Positions 28,606-39,403 of a stretch of 64,000 nucleotides of DNA are shown piece after piece (positions within the stretch are counted from its first letter, which is position 1; the number at the start of each line of letters is the position of its first letter). The notes beneath the pieces are model-generated. The model had not been told where the DNA came from. It worked only from the letters and a program-made list of their open reading frames with translations, and searched no databases. Made by a program: the position numbers and the translations under genes. Source of the stretch: an uncultured bacterium (lineage in GTDB: Bacteria; Zixibacteria; MSB-5A5; UBA10806); the NCBI GenBank assembly GCA_965541585.1, contig CBEUCH010000004.1, positions 64,001-128,000 of the forward strand, read 5' to 3'.

Positions 28606-28952
28606 GAGAAAACGGCGGCTCTTTTCAAACGCATCTCTATTGCTGGGGGAGGGTGAGTCCACCGACTCATTTGCTTATGCATATCAAATCCACGCCATAG
28701 ATCCATGTTTCTTTCATTGGACAATAACTCTATTTTCCTATAGACTTATCTTACTGATTTTGTTAAATTGCAGCCGGGAACGTAGTCTGGTTTTAGGCAA
28801 CGAAGGTTACGAGATAGGTTAAAAGCCTTTTGATAGATAAAAAATCTCATAGACAAGATGGCCTGGTTGCCGGTTGGTAAAATTATTAGACGTTTTGAGA
28901 AAGAATTCACAAACATAGTGATGGTGATCTTTATTAAAATGATTTCCAGGCA

Positions 28953-29255
28953 ATGTTAAATGCGGAGAGTTCTATGAAATACTGGAGGACTCCGTTGGAT
29001 ATCGACAAGCTCAAGATCCCCAGGGGCGAACTTCATATTATCAAAGAGCGATGCAAGGGCTGTGCCTTCTGCGTGGAATATTGCCCCAAGGACGTTCTGG
29101 TGCTTTCGGAGGAGTTTAATGCCAAGGGGTACCATCCACCGGTAGCTGTCAAACCGGAGAACTGCGTCAATTGTGATCTTTGCGAGATGCTCTGTCCGGA
29201 TTTCGCCATTTATTGCCTGCGAATTGAAGACGAAAAGAAGGGGGTGCCTGAATGA
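28953..29255 (+). CDS. korD: OFOR delta subunit (2x[4Fe-4S] ferredoxin)
   Basis: CKGCAFCVEYCP and CVNCDLCEMLCPDFAI; FNAKGYHP. Confidence 0.85.
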   Translation: MLNAESSMKYWRTPLDIDKLKIPRGELHIIKERCKGCAFCVEYCPKDVLVLSEEFNAKGYHPPVAVKPENCVNCDLCEMLCPDFAIYCLRIEDEKKGVPE

Positions 29256-30409
29256 AAGCTAACCCTGAAGATGTTCTCACCGGTTCTCATTATCTCGACG
29301 GCAACCATGCCTGCGCCGAGGGAGGCATAGCTGCGGGATGTAAGTTTTTCGCCGGTTACCCCATCACGCCATCCACCGAGATTGCCGAGAGGGTTTCCAG
29401 ACGGTTTCCCCTGATCGGCGGTGTCTTCGTCCAGATGGAGGATGAGCTGGCCAGCATGGCGGCCATACTGGGGGCATCATCGGGCGGTGTAAAATCGATG
29501 AGTTGTACATCCGGACCCGGATTTTCATTGATGATGGAAAATTTCGGTCTGGGGATAATGACGGAGGTCCCCTGTGTGCTGGTCAACGTCCAGCGCGGCG
29601 GCCCCTCTACCGGTCTGCCCACCCTTCCCGGTCAGGCCGATATGATGCAGGCTCGCTGGGGATCACACGGAGACTACGAGGTGATAGCCCTGGCGCCGGA
29701 TTCGCCCCAGGAATCGTTCGAGTTGACTATTCACGCTTTTAACCTCTCCGAGAAATACCGGATGCCGGTTTTGATCATGTCCGATGAGTGTGTCGGACAT
29801 ATGACCGAGAAGGTAATCATACCCCCCGCGGAAGAGATCGATCTGATAGAACGTCGATACACCGATAAGAAACCCGGAGAAGCCTGGCCTTATCACGAAA
29901 ATGGGGATCAAATAGCGCCGATGCTGCCGGTCGGGGAAGGATACAAGTTTCATATTACGGGGCTTACCCACGATCACAGAGGTTATCCTGTTATCAATGC
30001 AGAGGCTCATGAAAAGAACGTTCGCCACCTGATTGATAAGGTTAATAAGCATACCGAGGATATAATCTGGCTAGAGGAGGAAGATGTCGAGGGGGCGGAG
30101 ATAGTGGTCATGGCCTACGGAATATCATCGCGAGTGGTTCGCCCGGCAATTGCAAGGGCCAGAAAAGAAGGCATCAAAGTCGGCCTGGTAAAAATGGTCA
30201 CCGTCTGGCCTTTCCCCGAAAAGCGAGTGAGGGAGCTTGCAAATCAAGTGAAATCTCTGATAATGGTAGAGATGAACTATGGCCAGGTTTACCTGGATAT
30301 GGAACGTTGCGCCGCCGAAAAATGCCGCTGTTACCTTATGGGGCATGCCGGCGGAACTGTGCATAACCCCGATGACATTTACAAAACCATAAAGGAAGCT
30401 GCCAAATGA
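29252..30409 (+). CDS. korA: 2-oxoacid:ferredoxin oxidoreductase alpha subunit
   Basis: FAGYPITPSTE, TSGPGFSLM, VQRGGPSTGLPT. Substrate not determinable. Confidence 0.92.
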   Translation: MKANPEDVLTGSHYLDGNHACAEGGIAAGCKFFAGYPITPSTEIAERVSRRFPLIGGVFVQMEDELASMAAILGASSGGVKSMSCTSGPGFSLMMENFGLGIMTEVPCVLVNVQRGGPSTGLPTLPGQADMMQARWGSHGDYEVIALAPDSPQESFELTIHAFNLSEKYRMPVLIMSDECVGHMTEKVIIPPAEEIDLIERRYTDKKPGEAWPYHENGDQIAPMLPVGEGYKFHITGLTHDHRGYPVINAEAHEKNVRHLIDKVNKHTEDIIWLEEEDVEGAEIVVMAYGISSRVVRPAIARARKEGIKVGLVKMVTVWPFPEKRVRELANQVKSLIMVEMNYGQVYLDMERCAAEKCRCYLMGHAGGTVHNPDDIYKTIKEAAK

Positions 30410-31299
30410 GCACAAAAGTAAATAACGTTGAGACTCAGGCCGAAAAAGAGCATCCGATGGAGAAACTATTGCGGATGGACCGTATTCCGCACATCTGGTG
30501 TCCCACGTGCGGAATCGGGACAACGGTGACGGCTCTGGCGGTTGCCCTGGAACAGCTTCAGCTGGACTTAAACAACGTGGCCATTGTTTCCGGGATAGGT
30601 TGCACCGGCCGGGTGGCTGGATATATGAAACTGGATTCATTCCATACAACTCATGGCCGTCCAATTCCATTTGCCATGGGCCTGCATATCGCCCGACCGG
30701 ATATGAAGATAATCGTCTTTTCGGGCGATGGCGATTTGATTTCCATAGGCGGCAACCATTTCATACACACGGCCAGGCGAAACGCCAATATTACGGTAAT
30801 TTGCGTGAACAATTTCATCTATGCAATGACCGGGGGACAGGTTGCCCCGACAACTCCGATTACCGCGCGCACCGCCACGTCGCCCCACGGCTGTCACGAA
30901 CATCCCTTCAATCTGCCTTTACTCGCAGCCTCATCAGGGGCCACTTACGTAGCTCGCTGGACGGCACTGCATATCCGCAGGTTGACCACGGCCCTGAAGG
31001 AGGCTATCAGTAAAAGAGGCTTCTCATTTGTAGAGGTTATCGCTCCCTGCTCGACCCTCTATGCTCGTCTCAACCGACTTGGCGACGGTCTGGATTTGAT
31101 GAAGTTCTACCATGATAACAGTGTTATCAGGCACGGGGCTGACCTCAACGATATAGACATCGATTATCAGTCGAAAATCACCGTAGGAAAGTTCGTCGAT
31201 ATTGAGAAGCCAACCTATATAGATTGCTTAAACGACGGAAACAAGAGGGCATTCGGCGACAAATTCAAACCCTACGGAGGCGGCGATGGCAACGTCTGA
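30406..31299 (+). CDS. korB: 2-oxoacid:ferredoxin oxidoreductase beta subunit
   Basis: WCPTCG, SGIGC, HTTHGR, GDGD TPP motif, MTGGQ. Confidence 0.92.
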   Translation: MSTKVNNVETQAEKEHPMEKLLRMDRIPHIWCPTCGIGTTVTALAVALEQLQLDLNNVAIVSGIGCTGRVAGYMKLDSFHTTHGRPIPFAMGLHIARPDMKIIVFSGDGDLISIGGNHFIHTARRNANITVICVNNFIYAMTGGQVAPTTPITARTATSPHGCHEHPFNLPLLAASSGATYVARWTALHIRRLTTALKEAISKRGFSFVEVIAPCSTLYARLNRLGDGLDLMKFYHDNSVIRHGADLNDIDIDYQSKITVGKFVDIEKPTYIDCLNDGNKRAFGDKFKPYGGGDGNV

Positions 31300-31858
31300 A
31301 ATTAGAATCACCGGCTTCGGAGGACAGGGGATAATTCTCTGCGGCTATATCATAGGTAAGGCCGCGTCCATCTTTAATGACCAGCATGCCACGCTAACCC
31401 AGAGTTTCGGACCTGAGGCTCGGGGTTCGGCCTGCAGCGCCCAGGTTGTAGTCTCCGATAGCCGTGTGTTATACCCGTATGTTACAACCCCCAATATTCT
31501 CATGGCCTTATCCCATGACGGTTACATGACTCATAAAGATGACCTTACCGATGATTGTATCATTGTTTATGAAAGAGAATTGGTTAAGCTGAAGAAACAC
31601 GGGCCGAAGGCTAAGGCTCATGGTGTACCCGCCACCCGTTTCGCCGAGGAACTGGGACGGAAAATCGTATCGAATATAGTGATGTTAGGATTCTTTGCGG
31701 CAGTAACAGCCCTGATGCCCCCGGAGGCATTGCGAAAAGCCGTTGAAAGCTCCGTGCCGGCTGGAACCGAAGAGTTGAACCTTAAAGCTTTCGATAAGGG
31801 ATATGATTACGGCCGGGAATTGGTCGATAAGGTCGAAGCGAAAGCCAGCGCGGGTTAA
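31286..31858 (+). CDS. korC: 2-oxoacid:ferredoxin oxidoreductase gamma subunit
   Basis: GFGGQG, SFGPEARGSACSA, NIVMLG. Confidence 0.9.
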   Translation: MATSEIRITGFGGQGIILCGYIIGKAASIFNDQHATLTQSFGPEARGSACSAQVVVSDSRVLYPYVTTPNILMALSHDGYMTHKDDLTDDCIIVYERELVKLKKHGPKAKAHGVPATRFAEELGRKIVSNIVMLGFFAAVTALMPPEALRKAVESSVPAGTEELNLKAFDKGYDYGRELVDKVEAKASAG

Positions 31859-31895
31859 ACAAGAAAAGTAAAGGCTTGCATCGAAAGGACGAGGT

Positions 31896-34800
31896 ATGTC
31901 CTCGCAGGGGATAAGAGAAAAAGGTGTCCTGGTAGTTGGCGGCGGTATCGCGGGGATTCAGGCGGCGCTCGATCTGGCCGCCTCCCGGGTGAAGGTGTAT
32001 CTTGTCGAGAAATCTCCGTCCCTGGGCGGACGGATGGCCCAGCTCGATAAAACCTTCCCTACCATGGACTGCTCTATATGAATACTGGGACCCCGGATGA
32101 TGGATGCCGGTCGGCATCCTAATATCAAGCTCCTCACGAATTCAATATTGGTTGGATTGGAGGGTCAGGCTGGAGATTTTGAGGCCAGGGTAAAAAGGCT
32201 TCCCCGTTATGTCAGCGAGGAACTCTGCACGGCCTGTGGCCTTTGCGCCAAAAATTGCCCCGTGGAGGTTCCCAGTGAATTCGATTGTGGGATAGGGAAA
32301 CGTAAAGCTATTTATTCTCCATTTCCTCAGGCTGTTCCGAATACCTACATCATAGATAAAGAAAATTGCTCTGATTGTGGGGTATGCGCCGAGAAATGTT
32401 CGAGCAAGGCCATAAACTTCGATGATCCCGGGGAGGAGATTGACGTTGGAGTGGGGGCCGTTATCGTGGCCACCGGGTTTGACGTTTATGATGCCTCGAG
32501 AATCCCCAGCTACGGATATGGCCATTTCGATAACGTGCTGACAAATATGGAGCTGGAAAGAGTTTTAAACGCTTCCGGCCCTACTCGCGGCCATGTAACC
32601 AGGCCTTCTGATGGCAAAGTACCGAAAAAGATTGCGTTTATTCAGTGTGTAGGTTCCAGAGGTGAAGGAGGAGAGTTCGGTTGCCAGTACTGTTCGCGCT
32701 TCTGCTGCATGAATGCCGTCAAAGACGCCATGCTGCTGAAACAACATGAGCAGGATATCGAGGAGTTGACGATTTTTTATATTGATATTCGAGCAGCAGG
32801 TAAGGGCTTTGAGGAATTCTACCAGCGGTCGCTCGACATGCCGGAGTTGAGGTATGTGCGCGGGCGACCTTCTAAAATAATGGAGGACCCGAAGACAAAG
32901 GAACTGATCATCTATGTCGAGAACGGTGAAACCGGCGAGGTGAGCACATTCAGGGTCGACATGGCCATCCTCTCGGCAGGGGCAGTGGCTGCCGAGGCAA
33001 ACATGGGTTTGGCTGGTGTTCTCGGTATCGACCTCGATGAAAACGGATTTTTCGAAATCGAAACCAAATACGGCTCACCGCTTCATACGGCCAAAGAGGG
33101 TGTTTACGTCTGCGGCTGCGCCGCCGGGGTCAACGATATCTCCGATTCGGTGGCCCAGGGTTCGGGTGCGGCAGCTGAAGCTGAAAGATATGTTGCGAAA
33201 TCCAGAATCGCCGAGGTCAAAGAGGAGATCGTCCCGCTGGATGTTAGCGGCCCACCGCGAATCGGGGTTTTCGTTTGCAAATGTGGCACAAATATCGCCG
33301 GGGTTATAGACACTGCGGATCTGAAAAAATATGCCCGGGATTTACCTAACGTTGTGTTTGCACGAGAAAGCCTGTTTCTATGTTCTGACGATGGTCAGAA
33401 GCGTCTGCAGGAGACGATTCTCAAAAGGAAACTCAACCGGGTAGTCGCCGCTGCCTGTACGCCTCGCACTCATGAACCGATCTTCCGTGAAAGCTGCGAG
33501 CAGGTTGGCCTGAACCCTTATCTTTTCGAGATGACAAACATCCGCGATCAGTGCTCTTGGGTGCACAGTACTATCCCGGAGACGGCAACCCAAAAGGCCA
33601 AGGATTTGATGAGAATGGGCGTGGCTAAAGCCCGGCATTTAAAGCCGCTCGATATGAAAACTATTCCTGTCGACCAGAGCGTGCTGGTTATCGGCGCCGG
33701 CGTGGCCGGAATGCGTGCGGCCCTGGATCTCGAAGCCCAGGGATTTAAGGTATATCTTATTGAGAAAGATGGTCGTCTTGGCGGAGTCCTGAATAATCTG
33801 ACCAGGGTTTACCCCGCCGATCTGCAGGCGGTTGAGCTGGCGCGCACCATGGTGGAAAAAATACGCGGTAGCCGGGTGGAGGTAATGGCCTCAACCGAGA
33901 TAAATTCCGTTTTGGGATTCGTGGGAAATTTCGACGTCTCCACTACCAGTGGTAATTTCATAGTCGGAACCATAGTCGTAGCCACCGGTGCAGATCTTTA
34001 TAAGCCCGATGGGGAATTCGGATACGGAAAGTTTGAGAATGTCATTACCAACCAGGAGCTCGAGAATATTTTACACGATGCAAAGGGTGAAATCAAAATA
34101 AAGGGCGAATCGCCGAATACGGTGGTTTTTATCCAGTGTGTCGGCTCTCGAAACCCTGAGAAAAACGCTGCCTGTTCCCGCTTTTGTTGTCCGACAACCA
34201 TCAAACAGGCCATCCGCTTGCGGGAAGGCGGCATAAACGTGATGGTTCTGTATCGTGACATGCGCACCGTTGGCGCCAAAGCCGAGGAACATTATCGTCG
34301 CGCCAGGGCGCTGGGAGTGAAGTTTATACGATATACCCCCGAGAGACTTCCAACGGTATCGGGCAACCGTAACCGCGCTGAAGGCGTCGAAATCCTCGAG
34401 TTGGCCCTGGATCGATGCCTGGAGATCCCCACGGACTATGTTGTACTGGCTGCCGGTATGGTTCCTAACGAAGCCAGCACTGATAAGATCCACGAAATTC
34501 TCAAGGTGCCGAGGGGAGTTGATGGCTTTTTCATGGAGCGCCACGCCAAGCTCGGCCCGGTGGAGACCACCACGGAGGGGGTTTTTCTGGCCGGCTGTGT
34601 CAGTGGCCCCAAAGATATAGCCGATTCGATTGCGCAGGGCTCGGCTGCCGCAGCCAAGGTGGCCTCATTTATCGCGCGCGATACGGTATCGCTGGAGCCG
34701 ACGACCTGTGTTGTGGAACCGGCGTTATGCCGGGCATGCGGCAAGTGTGTGGAGATTTGCGAATACCATGCTCCATCCCTGGTGGAGAGCACCCCCGGGA

Positions 34801-34952
34801 TTATGGTTGCGGAGATCAATCAGGCCTTGTGCAAAGGTTGCGGCACCTGCGCCAGTTGGTGTCCCACCGGCGCTATATCGGCTCAGCATTTTACGGATCG
34901 TCAGATCGACTCAATGCTGGAAGCATTGTTCGCAAGCGAGGCCCAGGCATGA
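31896..34952 (+). CDS. hdrA: Selenocysteine-containing HdrA-like flavoprotein with two fused FAD modules (1018 aa with TGA 32079-81 as Sec)
   Basis: The two track ORFs are in frame and joined by [22 protein letters not shown], matching the HdrA DCxxCIL motif; SECIS-like hairpin downstream. Confidence 0.9.
32102..32119 (+). promoter_or_regulatory. Putative bacterial SECIS hairpin 1
   Basis: GGATGCC-GGTC-GGCATCC starting 21 nt after the TGA; loop begins with G. Confidence 0.75.
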
Positions 34953-35419
34953 CCGTTAAAGCAGCCGTGACAAAAAAGAAGAAAACTCCCACAAAGTTCG
35001 TTCCCAACATCGTCGCCTTTGCCTGCACCTGGTGCAGCTATGCAGGGGCAGACACGGCGGGAATCAACCGTATTCAGCACTCCCCTAATTTCAGGATCAT
35101 TCGGACGTTATGTTCGGGTCGTGTTACACCTGGATTTGTGTTGAAAGCGCTCAAACTGGGGGCGGATGGGGTTCTGGTCTCGGGGTGTCATTTCGGCGAT
35201 TGCCATTATATTTTCGGTAATTACCGGGCCGTGGAACAATTCGATAAAACCAAGGCTCTGGTAAAAACCCTGGGGCTCGATGAGAAACGGGTTCGCTTGG
35301 AATGGGTCTCCGCGGCGGAAGGCCCGCGCTGGGCGGAGGTCATCGATGAGTTTATTGAGCAGATTACAGAATTAGGGCCCAGTCCGCTGAATAGCAAAAA
35401 GAAGGCGAAGAAAAAATAG
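34949..35419 (+). CDS. mvhD: MvhD/FlpD-type [2Fe-2S] subunit
   Basis: FACTWCSYAGAD, LCSGRV, GCHFGDCHY, EWVSAAEG; ATGA overlap with the hdrA stop. Confidence 0.92.
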   Translation: MTVKAAVTKKKKTPTKFVPNIVAFACTWCSYAGADTAGINRIQHSPNFRIIRTLCSGRVTPGFVLKALKLGADGVLVSGCHFGDCHYIFGNYRAVEQFDKTKALVKTLGLDEKRVRLEWVSAAEGPRWAEVIDEFIEQITELGPSPLNSKKKAKKK

Positions 35420-35425
35420 GAGATC

Positions 35426-36583
35426 GTGGAAGCGACACTTAAAGACCTTAAGAAAAGCCGTGCCACATTCTGTCTGGAGTGCGGTAAATGCACTGCCGTA
35501 TGTCCTATCTCCAATTCCAACAGCGACTACTCGCCCCGGAGGCTGATCGCCGAAGGTCTCTTTTACGGGCTGGATGAACTGGTGGACAACCGTCTTTTGT
35601 GGTCTTGCCTGACCTGCCAGCTCTGCTCGGAACGCTGCCCGGTCGATGTTAAATATTCGGAATATATGCGTGATATCAGGGCTACGGCTTACCGTCTGGG
35701 AAAATGGGGTAATCCGTCACATGGCGGAGCACTGCATCATATTATGGAGCTGGCCGCCTCACCGAAGTTGAAACAGAATCGCACCGGCTGGATCAGTTCA
35801 CCGGATAAGCCCGATAACGGATTGAAGGTAAAGAAAAAAGGGGACATACTCTATTTCGTAGGCTGTCTGCCATACTATCAGGATTTTTTCGCCAGGGATT
35901 TCGATTTCTCCCCTATCTCTATTGCGGAGGATACCGTTAGAATTCTAAACCATATCGGCATAGAACCCGTGGTGATGGACAACGAGCGATGTTGCGGCCA
36001 CGATCTCTACTGGTTGGGCCAACTCGCACAGTTCGATGAATTGAGCAAGCTGAACTTAAAGGAGATAGAGAAAACCGGCGCCAAGACAGTGGTTACCGCC
36101 TGCGCGGAATGTGCGCTATCGCTGAAAAAACTTTATCTTGAAAGATCCGGCGAAATCTCCTTTGAGGTTAAGCATATCAGCGAGTTGGTGGCGGAAAACA
36201 TAAATAAGTTCTCGTTTGATCGGCTCGAGAAGGAAATTACTTTCCAGGACCCTTGCCGTCTGGGAAGATATCTGGGCGTCTATGATCAGCCCCGAGAGAC
36301 CATTTCATCGATACCGGGGGTAGAGTTTCGAGAGATGCCGAATAATAGGAATGCCGCAATCTGCTGCGGCACCACCAACTGGATGAATTGCGACGCTACC
36401 TCAAAGCAGATACAGTATCGCAGGCTGAGGGAGGCCAAATCAACCGGCGCACGCACGCTGGTGACCGCCTGCCCGAAGTGCCAGATTCATTTTCGGTGCT
36501 CCGAATGCGGCGACGATTCCCAGAAGGTGGATATAGAATTGTTAGACTATGTGAACTTAGTGGCTAAAGCTCTTAAGGGTTGA
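35426..36583 (+). CDS. HdrD-like protein (2x[4Fe-4S] plus two CCG domains)
   Basis: [27 protein letters not shown] twice, QDPCRLGR. Confidence 0.88.
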   Translation: MEATLKDLKKSRATFCLECGKCTAVCPISNSNSDYSPRRLIAEGLFYGLDELVDNRLLWSCLTCQLCSERCPVDVKYSEYMRDIRATAYRLGKWGNPSHGGALHHIMELAASPKLKQNRTGWISSPDKPDNGLKVKKKGDILYFVGCLPYYQDFFARDFDFSPISIAEDTVRILNHIGIEPVVMDNERCCGHDLYWLGQLAQFDELSKLNLKEIEKTGAKTVVTACAECALSLKKLYLERSGEISFEVKHISELVAENINKFSFDRLEKEITFQDPCRLGRYLGVYDQPRETISSIPGVEFREMPNNRNAAICCGTTNWMNCDATSKQIQYRRLREAKSTGARTLVTACPKCQIHFRCSECGDDSQKVDIELLDYVNLVAKALKG

Positions 36584-36626
36584 CGCCCTTGGAATAAATT
36601 TGCCTCAGGCATTTGGGGAGATAAAA

Positions 36627-39098
36627 ATGGCGAGTGAATCAAAGAAATCCGGAGAATTGCGCATCGGTGTCTTCGTCTGTGAATGCGGCCTCAATATCGC
36701 CGGTACTGTGGATTGTTCTGCAGTCAGTAAATACGCTGAGACCTTTGACGATGTTGTGGCCGTCATCCAGAACAAATATACCTGTGCCGATCCGGGGCAA
36801 AACGAGATCAAAAAGGCTATCGCGGAACATAAGCTCAACCGGGTTGTAGTGGCATCGTGCACGCCCAAGATCCATGAGCCGACTTTCAGGCAGTGCGTGG
36901 CCGATGCCGGATTGAATCCATACCTGTTTGAGATGGTTAACATCCGCGAGCATTGTAGCTGGGTTCACCAGAGCGAGAAGGAAGCGGCCACCGAAAAGGC
37001 GAAAGATCTGGTTCGCAGCGGGGTGGCCAGGGCGCGGGTGCTGGAGCCGCAGATTGAGACGGAGGTTCCGGTAACGAAAGCGGCGCTGGTAATCGGAGGC
37101 GGCGTGGCAGGTATCCAGGCGGCTCTGGATCTGGCCGATGGCGGGCATAAAGTCTATCTGGTTGAAAAAGAACCGACCGTCGGCGGGATCATGGCGGCAC
37201 TGGACAAGACCTACCCGACCATGGATTGCTCTATATGAATACTCGGACCGAAAATGATGGATGTCGGTCGACATCCCAACGTCGAAATGATGACCTACAG
37301 CGAGGTCGAATCGGTTGCCGGGTTCGTGGGTAATTTCAATGTCACGATCCGAAAAAAGGCTCGCTATGTAGACCCCGCTGAATGCATATCCTGCGCAGAT
37401 TGCGCCGCTGTCTGCCCCGTGGCGGTTCCCGATGAATATCAGCAGGGGTTCTCATCCCGCAAGGCGATTTATATACCATTTCCCCAGGCGGTACCGTCCT
37501 CCTATATCCTGGATATGAAGAACTGCCTGGGAAATAACCCCATTGCCTGCGGCAAATGCGCCGATGCCTGTGATAAAAAATGTATCAATTACGACGACCA
37601 GGACGAACTGGTGAATATCGAAGTCGGCGTGGTTATCGTTGCCACCGGCATGGACGTTTACGATCCGACCGAATACGACGAATACGGTTACACCCGTTAC
37701 GAGAACGTTATAACCAGTATGGAGTTCGAACGGCTGATCTGCGCCGGCGGCCCCACCGACGGTCATTTCATTCGCCCCACCGACCGCAAGATTCCGCAAT
37801 CGATAGGATTCATCCAGTGTGTCGGCTCCCGTTCCCGCAACGGTCGGGGAAACCCTTATTGCAGCAATATCTGCTGCATGAATACGATAAAAGATACTCT
37901 TTTGCTCTCAGACCACTATCCCGGTGTCGAGGCCAAGGTGTTCTATATGGACATCCGCGCTTTCGGCAAGGGCTTCGAGGATCTCTATATGCGCAGCAAG
38001 GAGGAGGGAGTCAAATATATAAGAGGCATCCCCGGGGAGGTCGTCGAAGATCCCGAGACCAATAATATAGTCCTGACCGTTGAAAACACCACCACCGGCA
38101 AACTCGAAAAGCACGAGCTCGAGATGCTGATTCTGTCGCAGGGAGTGATCCCGAGACAGGATGGCGACCAGATCAAGAAACTTCTGACTCTATCGACCAC
38201 GTCCGACGGCTTCATTATGGAATCTCACCCCAAGCTCAAACCGGTGGATGCGCCGACGAGAGGCGTTTATATCGCTGGCTGCGTGGAGTCGCCCAAGGAT
38301 GTCAAAGACAGCGTTACCCAGGCCGGCGCCGCCGCTGCCCGGGCCAGTATTCTGCTCAATGCCGGCAAGACCAGCGTGGAGGCCATCACCTCGCAAATCG
38401 ACGGCGAAAAATGTAACTATTGCGCGCTTTGCTCAAAAGTGTGTCCTTACAATGCTATTCTATCATCGGATAAGAAAACTAAAAAACTGCCGATCGTTAT
38501 TCAGGCTGCCTGCGCCGGCTGTGGAGCCTGCGCGGCAGAATGCCCGCAGGATGCTATCATCATGAGGCACTTTACCGACGAGCAGATCATGGCCCAGATC
38601 GAGGCTATTCTGGCAGTCGAGCCTCACAAGCACCTGTTGACCTTCGCCTGCAACTGGTGCAGTTACGCCGGCGGCGATATGGCCGGGACCTCGAGATTAC
38701 AGTATCCCACAACCAGCAGATTGATAAGAACCATGTGTTCCGGGAGAGTCGATGAGAAATTCGTGATCCACGCCTTCAAACTGGGCGCGCCGATGGTTCT
38801 TGTGTCCGGCTGTCATTTTGCCGATTGCCATTATATCGACGCCGTACACTGGACCCAGAAACGGATGGATAAGCTTTGGAATAAACTGGACAAGCTGGGT
38901 ATACGTGTCGACAGGCTGCAGTTGGAATGGATATCCGCCGCCGAGGGGCAGAAATTCGCCAGGGTAATGCGCGACCTCGAAAGCATGGTTAAAGCCGTCA
39001 CAAAAGAGGAGATCGAATACACAATGAAAGTCCTCAAAGAAGAAGAGGCAAAAAAGAAGAAAAAGGCGGTGGAGACCGGTGCGGAGGTGAGTGTCTGA
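36627..39098 (+). CDS. hdrA: Selenocysteine-containing HdrA fused to C-terminal MvhD (823 aa with TGA 37236-38 as Sec)
   Basis: [11 protein letters not shown]-domain; [22 protein letters not shown] in frame; IQCVGSR and CSNICC; C-terminal FACNWCSY...CSGRV...GCHFADCHY. Confidence 0.9.
37259..37276 (+). promoter_or_regulatory. Putative bacterial SECIS hairpin 2
   Basis: GGATGTC-GGTC-GACATCC at the same distance from TGA as hairpin 1, with a compensatory pair change. Confidence 0.75.
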
Positions 39099-39247
39099 TG
39101 GCGGCCAGGGAAACCAGATTCAAATGCCTCCACTGCGGGCATGAGTATATGGGCACTTACGATCCCAAAAATGTCACCGAGCGGACATGCCCGCAATGCC
39201 GCTCGAACAGCATACGCCGGCTGCCTGTACAAAAGCAGAAAAAATAG
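39098..39247 (+). CDS. 49-aa Zn-ribbon/rubredoxin-like protein; not in ORF track
   Basis: [54 protein letters not shown] overlap with the hdrA stop and a GGAGGTG RBS. Confidence 0.8.
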   Translation: MAARETRFKCLHCGHEYMGTYDPKNVTERTCPQCRSNSIRRLPVQKQKK

Positions 39248-39403
39248 CAAAGCAGCTCTCACCAGTATCCGCGACCGGTTACAACATTACCTCATTACAT
39301 AATTATCGATTGATATTCTGTTATTAAGCTGTTATCCTGCATCTCCATTTGAGGAGTGTTGATTGAAAGCAAAATCGAATTGTCTCTAACCGCCGACTGA
39401 TAA

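Larger units (their letters stand above)
22700..28620 (-). repeat. Tandem duplication of promoter-leader-fibre-dockerin-terminator cassette (about 22700-25370 and 25400-28620)
   Basis: Long near-identical DNA stretches in the upstream regions, the fibre 5' ends and the small genes. Confidence 0.9.

Noticed and set aside
28640..28950. tRNA (including tRNA-Sec) or riboswitch upstream of korD
   Set aside because: Only a short GAGTC/GACTC hairpin was found; no cloverleaf, T-loop or recognisable aptamer.
34727..34948. 74-aa N-terminal extension of MvhD in the ORF track
   Set aside because: It overlaps the hdrA ferredoxin domain in another frame; ATG 34949 gives a standard ATGA coupling and normal MvhD length.
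31896..39098. hdrA genes as nonsense-mutated pseudogenes or sequencing errors
   Set aside because: The same TGA falls at the same conserved Cys position in two diverged paralogs, each followed by a covarying hairpin. Sec recoding explains this far better.
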